From a virus, in the IMG/VR virus record IMGVR_UViG_3300003690_003472, positions 64,001 to 128,000 of that record: DNA of 64,000 nucleotides; one strand, given 5' to 3'. Positions 45,322-54,671 of this stretch are shown here, piece by piece. Both the position numbers and the translations under genes were made by a program. The notes under the pieces are model-generated. The model was not told the DNA's origin and made no database searches. It was given only the letters and a program-made list of their open reading frames with translations. The stretch's first letter is position 1; each line of letters begins with the position of its first letter.

Positions 45322-48300
45322 ATGTCTTACAAAAAATTTAAATTCATATCACCAGGAATTTTCATTAACGAGATTGACAATTCACAAGTACCTGCCCTAC
45401 CATCAGCAATGGGACCGGCAGTTATTGGTAGATTTGAAAAAGGCCCCGCTTTAAAACCGATTTCAGTTAATTCATTTTCAGAATTCATTGACATATTTGG
45501 CAATCCATCTCCTGGTGGCCAAGGCGGCGATGTTTTTCGTTATGGAAATTTTACTTCTCCCACTTATGCTGCTTACGCAGTCCAAGCTTGGTTCAGAAAT
45601 AACGCTCCCGTAACAGTCGTACGATTGTTGGGACAAACACATTCAGATGCAACACAATATGCAGGATTTGCTGGCTGGTCGACAGAGGCATCTGTAGCGG
45701 CAACGACTAATATGAGCACCAATAACGGTGCATATGGTCTTTTCATTTGTGAGGGCACCGGCTCGACCGGACCTGTGATCGTCGCTGATGCCGAAGGCAC
45801 ATTTGGCGGTTCTGGGGCGCTGACTGGTACCTTAGCGGCTGTGTGGTATTTAACACAAGGTGCAATTGCGCTTACTGGCGCTGTTGCCAACACCGCCAGC
45901 GCTGAAGAATATACAGCTTCATTATCACAATTTTTTAAAGCAGCAGATTCCGGCCCATCATTTAAAGTGACTATTCTTAGCGGCTCTACTACTTCAGTTG
46001 CTACATCTACTGCATTTACTTTCGATCCGGATTCTCCCAAGTTTATTAGAAAGGTTTTTAATACGAATCCTATTTTAACAAACTCAAGCATGGTGCCAAC
46101 TGGAGATACTGTTCAGACTTATTGGCTGGGTGAAACATATGAAGGTTGGGTTAGAAATGCTTTTGAACACGCTGGCTCTATTGGTATTAGTGGAAGCAAT
46201 GTGAATTCTTGCTTTGGAGTTATGATGAGATTATCAACTCCCAATGGCAGCACCGATCATGGTGACTTTAGAATGAGTACCACTAAAAGTCCAAGTAAAC
46301 AATTTGCAAAAACTGGCTGGTTTATTTCTCAAGACATGTCTAGTAATACTGCAAGTTACAGTCCTGAAAGTATGCAAAAACTATTCCGTTTCGCGTCGCG
46401 CGAATTGGGAGAAGACACACAACGCAAGATTAAAATTTCAATTCAAGATATTAAACCTAGTCAAGATACAGAGAATCCATATGGTTCTTTCAGTGTGGTT
46501 ATCAGGAATATAAAAGACACAGACGATGACCCACAGATACTTGAACAATATAATAATTGCAATATAAATCCTGCATCCGATAATTATGTAGCCAAAAAGA
46601 TTGGAAACAAATATGAACGATGGGACGATCTAGATCGTAGATATAGGGCATATGGTGATTATGTAAATATTTCTGATTATATTTATGCAGAAGTAAATGA
46701 ATCTGTGGATCGCGGTAATACTACTGCAGAATATCTTCCTTTTGGTGTTTATGGTCCTCCTCGCTATGTTGGCTTTGCAGTATCAGGAACACAATTAGCG
46801 ACATATGATGACATAACCAGCAAACCATCCGGCGATGCAGATGCCTTTGTCGCATCCGGAAGTACTAGTCCATTGGGATTGATACATGGCCACGTTGGAA
46901 GTTTCTTTTCGTCATCTGTTGACGGTGTAATTGTCAATTCAAAATTTAAGTTTCCTGCACTAAGGATGCGTAAAAGTTCATCTGAAGGTGCACTAACAGA
47001 TTCTAGAGATGCTTATTTTGGTGTTGATACAACCTACAGTACAGACGGTTCAAGATTTGACGTTAGTACGTGGGATGTCTTGCGCACTAGATGTGAAGAT
47101 CTCAATAGCTGGGTAGCAACATCTGGGAAGACTGAAACTTCATTTATCTTTTCTTTAGATGATGTGCACAACGCTAACATTACAAGTTCAGTTGATGCAG
47201 ATTCTTATAGTACTCAGGCTGTTTATCAGTCCGGATCTCGCGAGGCGGGATATTCTTATACTGCGCATACTGCATCTGCAAATGCCACCACCCCTGGCCC
47301 GGGAACCGTATCTTATCTAAATGTAATTAGTGATGAATCTCAAGATGGTGGCACCACGGCAGGTTGGAATCGATTTACTACTTGTCTACATGGTGGTACC
47401 GATGGAGTGAATATTAAAGAAAGTGATTATTTTAATAATAGTGATCTTGAAGGTGTTACAGGCGCTGGGCCCAAAGGTTGGAATAGTGCAGCATATAACT
47501 CAATTGAGGTTGCAGTAGATTCACTCCGAGACCCAGAAGTTGTTGAATATAATATACTTACAATGCCTGGATTAACGGATAACACACTTAACAGAAAAAT
47601 AGTAGATATGTGTTCTCTACGCGGCGATGCTTTGGCAATTATCGACCTTAAGAACGGCTATCAGCCAGAACATGAAAGCAGCGGAGATCGTATCTCTCGC
47701 AAGGGAGATCTCAAAGCGGTTGTAAACAATAAAAAATACACCCTCAAACTTAATAGTAGTTATGGTTGTGCTTATTATCCATGGGTACAAATTCGTGATA
47801 CCATTAATGGCGCAACACTTTGGGCACCCCCTTCGATTGTTGCTTTGGGCGCAATGTCATACGGAGAAGCGAATTCACAGCTTTGGTTCGCGCCTGCAGG
47901 CTTTACGCGCGGCGGTTTAAGCGCTAATCAAGCAGGTGGAATTCCCGTTGTCGGCGTAGAAGAAAGATTGACAGTTAAACAGCGAGACAGGCTTTATGAT
48001 GCTCAAATTAATCCAATTGCTTCATTCCCAGCAGAAGGTATTGTAATCTTTGGTCAAAAGACTTTACAAGTATCTGCTTCTGCTCTCGATAGAATTAATG
48101 TTCGGCGTTTAGTAATTTTCTTGAAAAAGCAAATTTCAAGATTCGCTGCTACAATACTTTTTGATCAGAATGTTGCTGTAACGTGGGCTCGATTTAAATC
48201 TAAGGTTGAGCCATTCTTGTTAAGCGTTAAATCTGGTTTGGGTATTACTGAATATAGAGTTATCTTGGATGAAACCACGACGACTCCTGATCTTATTGAT

Positions 48301-48405
48301 AGAAACATTTTGTATGCGAAGATTTATGTTAAACCAGCAAGAGCAATTGAATATATTGCTATTGATTTCATAATTACAGATTCGGGTGCTTCTTTTGAGG
48401 ATTAA
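45322..48405 (+). CDS. Contractile tail sheath protein (gp18-like) with large insertions
   Basis: FISPGIFINEID at the N-terminus, plus YYPWV, WFAPAGFTRG, LYDAQINPI, GQKTL, LDRINVRRL and IEYIAIDF. Confidence 0.95.
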   Translation: MSYKKFKFISPGIFINEIDNSQVPALPSAMGPAVIGRFEKGPALKPISVNSFSEFIDIFGNPSPGGQGGDVFRYGNFTSPTYAAYAVQAWFRNNAPVTVVRLLGQTHSDATQYAGFAGWSTEASVAATTNMSTNNGAYGLFICEGTGSTGPVIVADAEGTFGGSGALTGTLAAVWYLTQGAIALTGAVANTASAEEYTASLSQFFKAADSGPSFKVTILSGSTTSVATSTAFTFDPDSPKFIRKVFNTNPILTNSSMVPTGDTVQTYWLGETYEGWVRNAFEHAGSIGISGSNVNSCFGVMMRLSTPNGSTDHGDFRMSTTKSPSKQFAKTGWFISQDMSSNTASYSPESMQKLFRFASRELGEDTQRKIKISIQDIKPSQDTENPYGSFSVVIRNIKDTDDDPQILEQYNNCNINPASDNYVAKKIGNKYERWDDLDRRYRAYGDYVNISDYIYAEVNESVDRGNTTAEYLPFGVYGPPRYVGFAVSGTQLATYDDITSKPSGDADAFVASGSTSPLGLIHGHVGSFFSSSVDGVIVNSKFKFPALRMRKSSSEGALTDSRDAYFGVDTTYSTDGSRFDVSTWDVLRTRCEDLNSWVATSGKTETSFIFSLDDVHNANITSSVDADSYSTQAVYQSGSREAGYSYTAHTASANATTPGPGTVSYLNVISDESQDGGTTAGWNRFTTCLHGGTDGVNIKESDYFNNSDLEGVTGAGPKGWNSAAYNSIEVAVDSLRDPEVVEYNILTMPGLTDNTLNRKIVDMCSLRGDALAIIDLKNGYQPEHESSGDRISRKGDLKAVVNNKKYTLKLNSSYGCAYYPWVQIRDTINGATLWAPPSIVALGAMSYGEANSQLWFAPAGFTRGGLSANQAGGIPVVGVEERLTVKQRDRLYDAQINPIASFPAEGIVIFGQKTLQVSASALDRINVRRLVIFLKKQISRFAATILFDQNVAVTWARFKSKVEPFLLSVKSGLGITEYRVILDETTTTPDLIDRNILYAKIYVKPARAIEYIAIDFIITDSGASFED

Positions 48406-48419
48406 AAATATAATTTAGC

Positions 48420-48427
48420 TCTATTTA
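48420..48427 (+). promoter_or_regulatory. Putative late promoter variant TCTATTTA
   Basis: Upstream of SD AAGGGAG and the tube ATG at 48453. Confidence 0.55.
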
Positions 48428-48452
48428 CTTAATAGAAAGGGAGAAAAAAGAA

Positions 48453-49055
48453 ATGGGAGAATTTTGGAGTTCAAAAAAGATAGACCCTAAGCGAAGTTTT
48501 CGCTGGGCATTATATTTGACAAATCTGGATCCATATATTATTAAAACAGTTGCGAAACCAAGTTTCACAATTAATAATATTACTCACAACTATGCGGCTC
48601 ATACATTTAATTATCCGGGTAGAATAACATGGAATCCTGTATCCGTTACTCTAGTAGATCCTGTTGATCCAGACGCTTCCTCTAAATTAGTTAAAATCTT
48701 ACAAGCTTCCGGCTATGCTATACCTGTAATAGATAAAGCTGCACAAATTTCATTTACCAAAGATCAAGCCAATGTGGTGATTGGTTCTCCAACAATCGCT
48801 CAACTTGATGCATCTGGTAAGACGATTGAAGAGTGGGTTCTTAAAAATGCTTGGATTGAAAGCGTTAATTTTGGTAGCTTAAGTTACGAATCTGATGAAA
48901 TGGTAAATATCGAACTTTCTTTCCGTTATGATTGGGCTGAATATCACGGTGGCGACAAAGGCGTTGTTAAGCCTGTATTAACCCCCCAGAACGAAAGCGC
49001 TGGACAGCACATTGCAGACTTAAGGACCGAACTTGGTCAAGTTGCTGGTGAATAG
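48453..49055 (+). CDS. Tail tube protein (gp19-like)
   Basis: KRSFRW, KTVAKPSF, FNYPGRITWNPVSVTLVDP and EEWVLKNAWIESVNFGSLSYESDE..IELSFRYDWA. Confidence 0.88.
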   Translation: MGEFWSSKKIDPKRSFRWALYLTNLDPYIIKTVAKPSFTINNITHNYAAHTFNYPGRITWNPVSVTLVDPVDPDASSKLVKILQASGYAIPVIDKAAQISFTKDQANVVIGSPTIAQLDASGKTIEEWVLKNAWIESVNFGSLSYESDEMVNIELSFRYDWAEYHGGDKGVVKPVLTPQNESAGQHIADLRTELGQVAGE

Positions 49056-49097
49056 TCAACAATTTAGAAACAAGAAATTATTAAGGTTTTTATATAA

Positions 49098-49847
49098 ATG
49101 AGTTTTATTGGACATCCAGCACGGTCATTTCAGTTTTGGTCAAATACAAAAATGCGCCCCAAGCGCAATTTTGAAGGAATATTAATTTTTCCAGATCTTA
49201 TATATGGTGGCGACGGCTTAAATAATTTAGAGCCTTTTTTAGTTAAAAGTTTTAGCAGACCAGGATATAATCAAATAGAGACACAAACGTCTGAATATCA
49301 ACTTAGATCAGGAGATTTTGCTAAAATAGATTATCCCACACAAAAATTTAGTACAAAGCCGCTTAAAGTAAAACTTATTGATATGTCGACAGGCAACAAG
49401 CGAGGCCCTGATACAGCAGCTGCTATACATGGATCACTAGTACTACAACAAAAAACAGCTACTTTTGAACACGAGGCAGGCGCACACCAACCTGGCAGTA
49501 CTAAAGACTCTAAATATCTTCAAATGGTAGAAGCATGTAGAGAATATCCATCGATATTTTTTATAATAGAGATGAATGGGGCGGGAGAGGAACTAGGCAC
49601 ATGGGAAATATGGAATCCTGTTTTAACGGCAGTTAATTTTTCTGATATAAATTATGAAGGTGCATCATTCGCAACTATTGATTTATCTTTTCAATATTCG
49701 AATTTTAAACTTAATCATGGCTGGGGCCAAAGAATTCTAAAGAATAAATTAAAACAAATTAAACAAGGAAGGAAAACGCCAATTGCTGATGCGCTGCGTG
49801 AAGGCGCAGATTGGTGGACTAATACAGCAACGACACCCTGGCATTAA
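49098..49847 (+). CDS. Second tail-tube-like paralog
   Basis: PKRNF, VKSFSRPG, DYP..PLKVKLID and GTWEIWNPVLTAVNFSDINYE..IDLSFQY align with the tube motifs. Confidence 0.65.
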   Translation: MSFIGHPARSFQFWSNTKMRPKRNFEGILIFPDLIYGGDGLNNLEPFLVKSFSRPGYNQIETQTSEYQLRSGDFAKIDYPTQKFSTKPLKVKLIDMSTGNKRGPDTAAAIHGSLVLQQKTATFEHEAGAHQPGSTKDSKYLQMVEACREYPSIFFIIEMNGAGEELGTWEIWNPVLTAVNFSDINYEGASFATIDLSFQYSNFKLNHGWGQRILKNKLKQIKQGRKTPIADALREGADWWTNTATTPWH

Positions 49848-49885
49848 TATAAAAACAAAACACTTAATTTAAAAGAGAGGTAAAT

Positions 49886-50740
49886 ATGAGTTCAAGATCC
49901 AATGAAGATCGACTTGGAATCGATGTAGATCTTCCGAAGGAAGCCAAAGATTTAGATGGTTCTTCCTTAAAATTTATTACTCCAACTGAATTTGTTGAGT
50001 TACCAAGTCGAGGAAAATTTTATTTTCCCGATCACCCACTCCACAATCAAGAAGTAGTAGAAATAAAACACATGACAACAAAAGAAGAGGATATTTTAAC
50101 CTCAACTGCACTATTGAAAAATGGCTTAGCACTTGATCGGATGCTTGAAAGCATTATTGTAGATAAAAGAATAAATATTGGTAGCCTACTTTTAGGGGAT
50201 AAAAACGCTCTTATCATTTCAGCACGTGCACATGCGTATGGTACACAATATGATACTAGTGTAATTTGCCCATCGTGTTCAGAATCACAAGAATATTCCT
50301 TCGATCTCGAATCACTAGGTTATGATTTTCCATCCAAGGAAAAACTTGAAGATTTAAATATAACACTCACAAACAATGGAACATTCTTGGTTTCACTTCC
50401 TAAGTCTGATTATACCATCGAACTTAAGCTTTTAATTGCCGATGATGAAAAACGCATGAGTCGTTTAAGCGAACGAAAGAAAAAGAGAAATTTTCCTGAA
50501 ACGCCAGTTAGTGATCTTCTTAAAAACATTATTGTTTCTATTAACGATATCTACGAAGAAGAAACAATAAATAATTTTATTAATACACTGCCAGCAATGC
50601 AAACGAGATATATTCGCCGCGTTTACAATAAACTAGTTCCTAGCTTAGACCTAGAACATTCTTTTTTATGCACCTATTGCAACCACGAGGGGGCTTTGGA
50701 GGTCCCCCTCAATGCTGACTTTTTTTGGCCTAACGAATGA
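49886..50740 (+). CDS. Baseplate hub/tail assembly chaperone (gp26-like)
   Basis: VELPSRGKFY, IKHMTTKEEDIL, LLLGDKNALIISAR..AYG, CPSC..E..FDL and a C-terminal CTYC. Confidence 0.85.
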   Translation: MSSRSNEDRLGIDVDLPKEAKDLDGSSLKFITPTEFVELPSRGKFYFPDHPLHNQEVVEIKHMTTKEEDILTSTALLKNGLALDRMLESIIVDKRINIGSLLLGDKNALIISARAHAYGTQYDTSVICPSCSESQEYSFDLESLGYDFPSKEKLEDLNITLTNNGTFLVSLPKSDYTIELKLLIADDEKRMSRLSERKKKRNFPETPVSDLLKNIIVSINDIYEEETINNFINTLPAMQTRYIRRVYNKLVPSLDLEHSFLCTYCNHEGALEVPLNADFFWPNE

Positions 50741-50912
50741 TTATATTCAAGCAGTATATGAACAGTTTTTTTATATGAAATACTATAGTTTTTGGGGCTT
50801 AGCCGAGCTTTATAGCTTGCCCGTTGGTTTACGAAAATGGTTTTTTCAAAGATTAACAGCACAAAAAGAAAAAGAATTAGAAGCACAAAAACAAGCAAAC
50901 AATCGTAGATAG
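50712..50912 (+). CDS. gp51-like small baseplate/tail assembly protein
   Basis: YEQFFYMKYYSFWGLAELYSLPVGLRKWF..L...EKE resembles the T4-like gp51 pattern. SD GGAGGT lies 8 nt upstream. Confidence 0.7.
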   Translation: MLTFFGLTNDYIQAVYEQFFYMKYYSFWGLAELYSLPVGLRKWFFQRLTAQKEKELEAQKQANNRR

Positions 50913-50930
50913 CTAAAATTTTGCTTTTTT

Positions 50931-50938
50931 ACTAATTA
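50931..50938 (+). promoter_or_regulatory. Putative late promoter variant ACTAATTA
   Basis: Upstream of SD GGGAG and the tape-measure ATG at 50962. Confidence 0.5.
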
Positions 50939-50961
50939 TATTAGAACGGGAGCAACATTAA

Positions 50962-53304
50962 ATGGCCGATGATTTTAGTAAAAAACTAGCTAAATTACAA
51001 AAGGAAGCACCCGAAGCTGCAAAAGCGATTGAATTAGCTCTTGAAAAAGCAGATAAAAAATTTGGCTCGACAACAGAGGCCGCCTTGCGCTTGGCAGATG
51101 CTTTAATAAAAGGCGCAGATGCCCAAAAAGCCCTAAATACAGCCCTTGATAAAACCTATCAGAATTATTTAAAAGTTGCAACTGAAACAGAAAAAATAAA
51201 ACTTGCCGAGGATGCTCGCGTCGAAGCATACAAGCGCTTAAATACCCTTGTGGAACAAAGCAAGCAATTAGGCGCAGAAGAAAAAGAAAAATTTAGAACA
51301 ATTCTTGAAAGCCAGGAACTTCAGCTTAAAAATGCTGAAAAACAGGCAAAAACTATTCAAACCACCACAAAAGATTTAAAAAAACAGACAAAAGAAGTAG
51401 AAGACCAATACGGATGGTGGGAAAAGACTAAAGACGCTGTTCTCGGCATCGGCCTCGCTTTTGCAGCTATTAAAGCTGGTGGCGCTGCAGTAAAATTAAT
51501 TAAAGGCGCCAAAGGCTCATCAAAAGCTCTCAACGTTACATCAAAAAGTGCAAAAGCTGCTTCAAGTGCTCTTCATGGCGCCGACGATGCCGCAAGAAAT
51601 CTCTCTAAATCTACTAAAGGAGTTACCATGAGTGGCAAAGGCCTCGCCGCTAGCATTGCTGGGGGCGGCCTTTTGGGTGCAGGTGCTATATGGGGCGTTT
51701 ATAAGTTGGGGGATGCCATGGCGGCTGCCGGTCGAAAAATGAAAGAACTTATAACCTTTGCAGAAACAACGTATATGAGTCTTAGTGATTTAACCACCGG
51801 CTTCGCATCACTAACAGGACAAGTTCTAAATAGTGATTCCGCAGTCAGAAGAGGCGGAAAAGGAATGGCCAGTTTTGCTTCTAGGGTGATTCAACTTCAA
51901 AGAAGAAATCAGATGCTAGGCGCGTCCATAGAAAAGATCACCGAATCTTATAAGGAAATGTTTACAGCATCTCGTACTTTTGGAAAAGCAATGACTAGCA
52001 CTAGCGCAGGAAGCAGAAGAACAGCAGATAGTTTAGCGGAAATGGCTTTTAGATTTACAAAAGTTGGATTAACAACACAGAATTTTGCGGCCGCAGTAGA
52101 CGTTTTAGGAAAGACATATCGTAAATCTAAAATTATTGACGAGAGTAAATCTCTAGGTACTGAGCTTGTAAATATTGCTCGCGTTACTGGTCAACTTCCT
52201 GATATGGTTGCTAAAGACTTTGGTGGCGCAATGAATACGTTGGCTGCTTATTCTTTGCCAAAAGCACGAGAAATATTTAAGAAACTTTCCGCAACTGTTG
52301 CAGAGACAGGAATGGAAATGTCAGATCTTTTGGGCATTGCTGCAAAATTTGATGATATTGATGCTGCAGCCGAGTCAGTTGGCGAATTAAATGCAATGAT
52401 GGGAGGTCCGTACTTAAATACTCTTGACCTAGTTAATGCAAATGAAATAGAAAGAATTGAGCTTCTTAAAGAAGCCATGGACCAGACGGGAAAGAACTTT
52501 AATCAACAAGATCGATTTATGCAAAAGGCAATTGCGCAACAACTGGGCGTTGATGTACAGAAAGCTTCACGAATGTTTGCTGGAGATCAGGAAGCAATTA
52601 ATGAATCTACAAAAGCTATTGATACCCAAGGAGCTAGCTTTCAAAAGTTAGTTGGCAATGTTAGAGATGGCGCCGCTCGAAACGCTACTTCTATTAAAGA
52701 TCAAATGGCTGCCGTAAAAGAAAGTACAGTACTTATGGAAGGCGCCTTTGCTGCGATTGATAAAATGTCTCGCAAAGCTATGGGAACATTTCGCAGGTTG
52801 GGACATCGATTTCGGCAGGATATTGGCCAAAGTGTTGTTGGGGCGTTGCAGGATATTGAAAAGATGGTTCAATCCATGGCAGAAAGCGTAGAATCAGGAG
52901 GTAGCGCAATAACGGCGCTTGGTTCTGGAATAGGTTTGGCGTTGATGTCTCAAAAGCCGGGCCTCGCCTTGGCAGGTAGTTTAGCAAATAAGGCGCTGGG
53001 TAATCCTCTCGGCGGAGGCGCCGCAGCTGCTGGCCCCGGCGGCACCGTAGGATCTCAAGCCGAAGCAGCAAGCTTTACGGCCAGCCCTGCGACACAAACG
53101 CCAATTAGTATTGCAGAAATGGATCGAGCCACGCAGAGTGCTGTTGCTCAAAACGCAGGAATATCTAGAGAAGAATTGTTGGAAGTTATAGATAGACTAA
53201 GATCCGGCGAAATTGTTCTGAACGTTGATGGTCAAACGCTGGCAAGAGCATCTTCGCCGTTTATGCCAACAGCTACTGGAAATCCCGGAGGTAGAGGTTT
53301 ATGA
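50962..53304 (+). CDS. Tape measure protein
   Basis: 780 aa, Ala/Gly-rich and helical, located after the chaperone pair, with a C-terminal IVLNVDGQTLA motif. Confidence 0.8.
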   Translation: MADDFSKKLAKLQKEAPEAAKAIELALEKADKKFGSTTEAALRLADALIKGADAQKALNTALDKTYQNYLKVATETEKIKLAEDARVEAYKRLNTLVEQSKQLGAEEKEKFRTILESQELQLKNAEKQAKTIQTTTKDLKKQTKEVEDQYGWWEKTKDAVLGIGLAFAAIKAGGAAVKLIKGAKGSSKALNVTSKSAKAASSALHGADDAARNLSKSTKGVTMSGKGLAASIAGGGLLGAGAIWGVYKLGDAMAAAGRKMKELITFAETTYMSLSDLTTGFASLTGQVLNSDSAVRRGGKGMASFASRVIQLQRRNQMLGASIEKITESYKEMFTASRTFGKAMTSTSAGSRRTADSLAEMAFRFTKVGLTTQNFAAAVDVLGKTYRKSKIIDESKSLGTELVNIARVTGQLPDMVAKDFGGAMNTLAAYSLPKAREIFKKLSATVAETGMEMSDLLGIAAKFDDIDAAAESVGELNAMMGGPYLNTLDLVNANEIERIELLKEAMDQTGKNFNQQDRFMQKAIAQQLGVDVQKASRMFAGDQEAINESTKAIDTQGASFQKLVGNVRDGAARNATSIKDQMAAVKESTVLMEGAFAAIDKMSRKAMGTFRRLGHRFRQDIGQSVVGALQDIEKMVQSMAESVESGGSAITALGSGIGLALMSQKPGLALAGSLANKALGNPLGGGAAAAGPGGTVGSQAEAASFTASPATQTPISIAEMDRATQSAVAQNAGISREELLEVIDRLRSGEIVLNVDGQTLARASSPFMPTATGNPGGRGL

Positions 53305-54302
53305 GTTTAGATAATAGATCAGCGGCAATGGCTTCGGGAAAAAATCAGAAGACAATACCGCCAAGAAAAAAGGCATATGCAAAATTCATTTTTGAACCAC
53401 TACACATTAGTGTTGGAGCACTAGAACTTCCTGTGGAAAATTTAACAATTAGTCAAAATTTTTCTCCTAACTATAACACAGAAGAAGCATATGGTCGAAT
53501 GGATCCAATTACTACTTATAAAAACACTACAAGAAAATTAAACATACAATTTAGTTGTCAATCTCATCAAATTTTTGACGGAGAAAGGGGTGTTGTTAGC
53601 AACATTCATCAAGTTAATGTTTTGACACAATTTTTATATCCTTCATATGAAGATATAGGCGCAGCGGATCAATTAGCTATATTAAAAGCGCCTCCATTTT
53701 TTAGGATAACATATGGAAATTATATAGGAAGCTTTAATGAGTTGGGCAGCATATTAGGAAACGATTCTGGTATAACTGGATTTATTACAAATTTCTCTCA
53801 TCAACTAGGCCCTGTTGCACGAAATGTTGCCCATGGGCGGTGGATGTCTAGAACACCAGAAGGAAAAAACTTCCCTGAACCGATTCGCGCTCTTCCAAGA
53901 GAAATCAAAATTAGTTTTAATTTTACTGTTGTACACGATAAAAGTGTGGGTTGGACTAAAGTAGGCGGAAACTATATATTTAGCCATCAAGGCTATGGAG
54001 GAAACTTTCCTTATAATGTAGGCAACTTTCAAGTTCAAGAGGCTGCTATGGAGCAAACAGCTGCATATCTTGCGGCTGAAAAAAATGCTGCTACACAAGA
54101 CAGTTGGTGGAGTAGCGACAAAGCAAAAGCAAAATCAGCGACAGACACAAAAAAGGCTGTTGAGAAGGCAGAGTCATCTCAAGGCGCATTACAACAGGTA
54201 AGCCAAGCTCAAGCTGATGCAGCTGTGGGCCTTGGTGCTAAAGAATTCCTGAAAACACAAACAAGCTGGGGTAAATCATCAACACCGTCCGGATGGGAAT
54301 AA
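53301..54302 (+). CDS. Baseplate/tube-initiator-like protein
   Basis: SQNFSPNY..YGRMDPITTYKNTTRKLNIQF, LYPSY and PPFFRITYGN, located after the tape measure. Confidence 0.65.
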   Translation: MSLDNRSAAMASGKNQKTIPPRKKAYAKFIFEPLHISVGALELPVENLTISQNFSPNYNTEEAYGRMDPITTYKNTTRKLNIQFSCQSHQIFDGERGVVSNIHQVNVLTQFLYPSYEDIGAADQLAILKAPPFFRITYGNYIGSFNELGSILGNDSGITGFITNFSHQLGPVARNVAHGRWMSRTPEGKNFPEPIRALPREIKISFNFTVVHDKSVGWTKVGGNYIFSHQGYGGNFPYNVGNFQVQEAAMEQTAAYLAAEKNAATQDSWWSSDKAKAKSATDTKKAVEKAESSQGALQQVSQAQADAAVGLGAKEFLKTQTSWGKSSTPSGWE

Positions 54303-54323
54303 GGTCAATAGGGAGAAACACAT

Positions 54324-54665
54324 ATGCCATTTAGCAGATATAATCGAAACACTGTAATCCGCACACAGACACAAGAATACTCAAAACAGCTTTCAGAAAG
54401 AAAGGTGTCTCATATTGATCATTTTAGCACTGTAGAGTTTAAATATCCTCCTGCAAACGTCCTAGGTTCTTTAAAAATTGATAAAGAATATTGGGGAGTT
54501 GGCACTCGCTTTTATAAATTAGCTAATAAGTACTATGGAGATCCTACGTTGTGGTGGGTAATACCATGGTTTAATAAAGTTCCTTTAGAATCCGATTATT
54601 CTGCTGGAGATGTAATTATGATCCCACACCCAATAGAGATTGTATTAGAATATTTTAGGAAATAA
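54324..54665 (+). CDS. LysM-like baseplate protein (gp53/tail X-like)
   Basis: RFYKLANKYYGDPTLWWVIPWFN...AGDVIMIP. Confidence 0.8.
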   Translation: MPFSRYNRNTVIRTQTQEYSKQLSERKVSHIDHFSTVEFKYPPANVLGSLKIDKEYWGVGTRFYKLANKYYGDPTLWWVIPWFNKVPLESDYSAGDVIMIPHPIEIVLEYFRK

Positions 54666-54671
54666 AAACCT

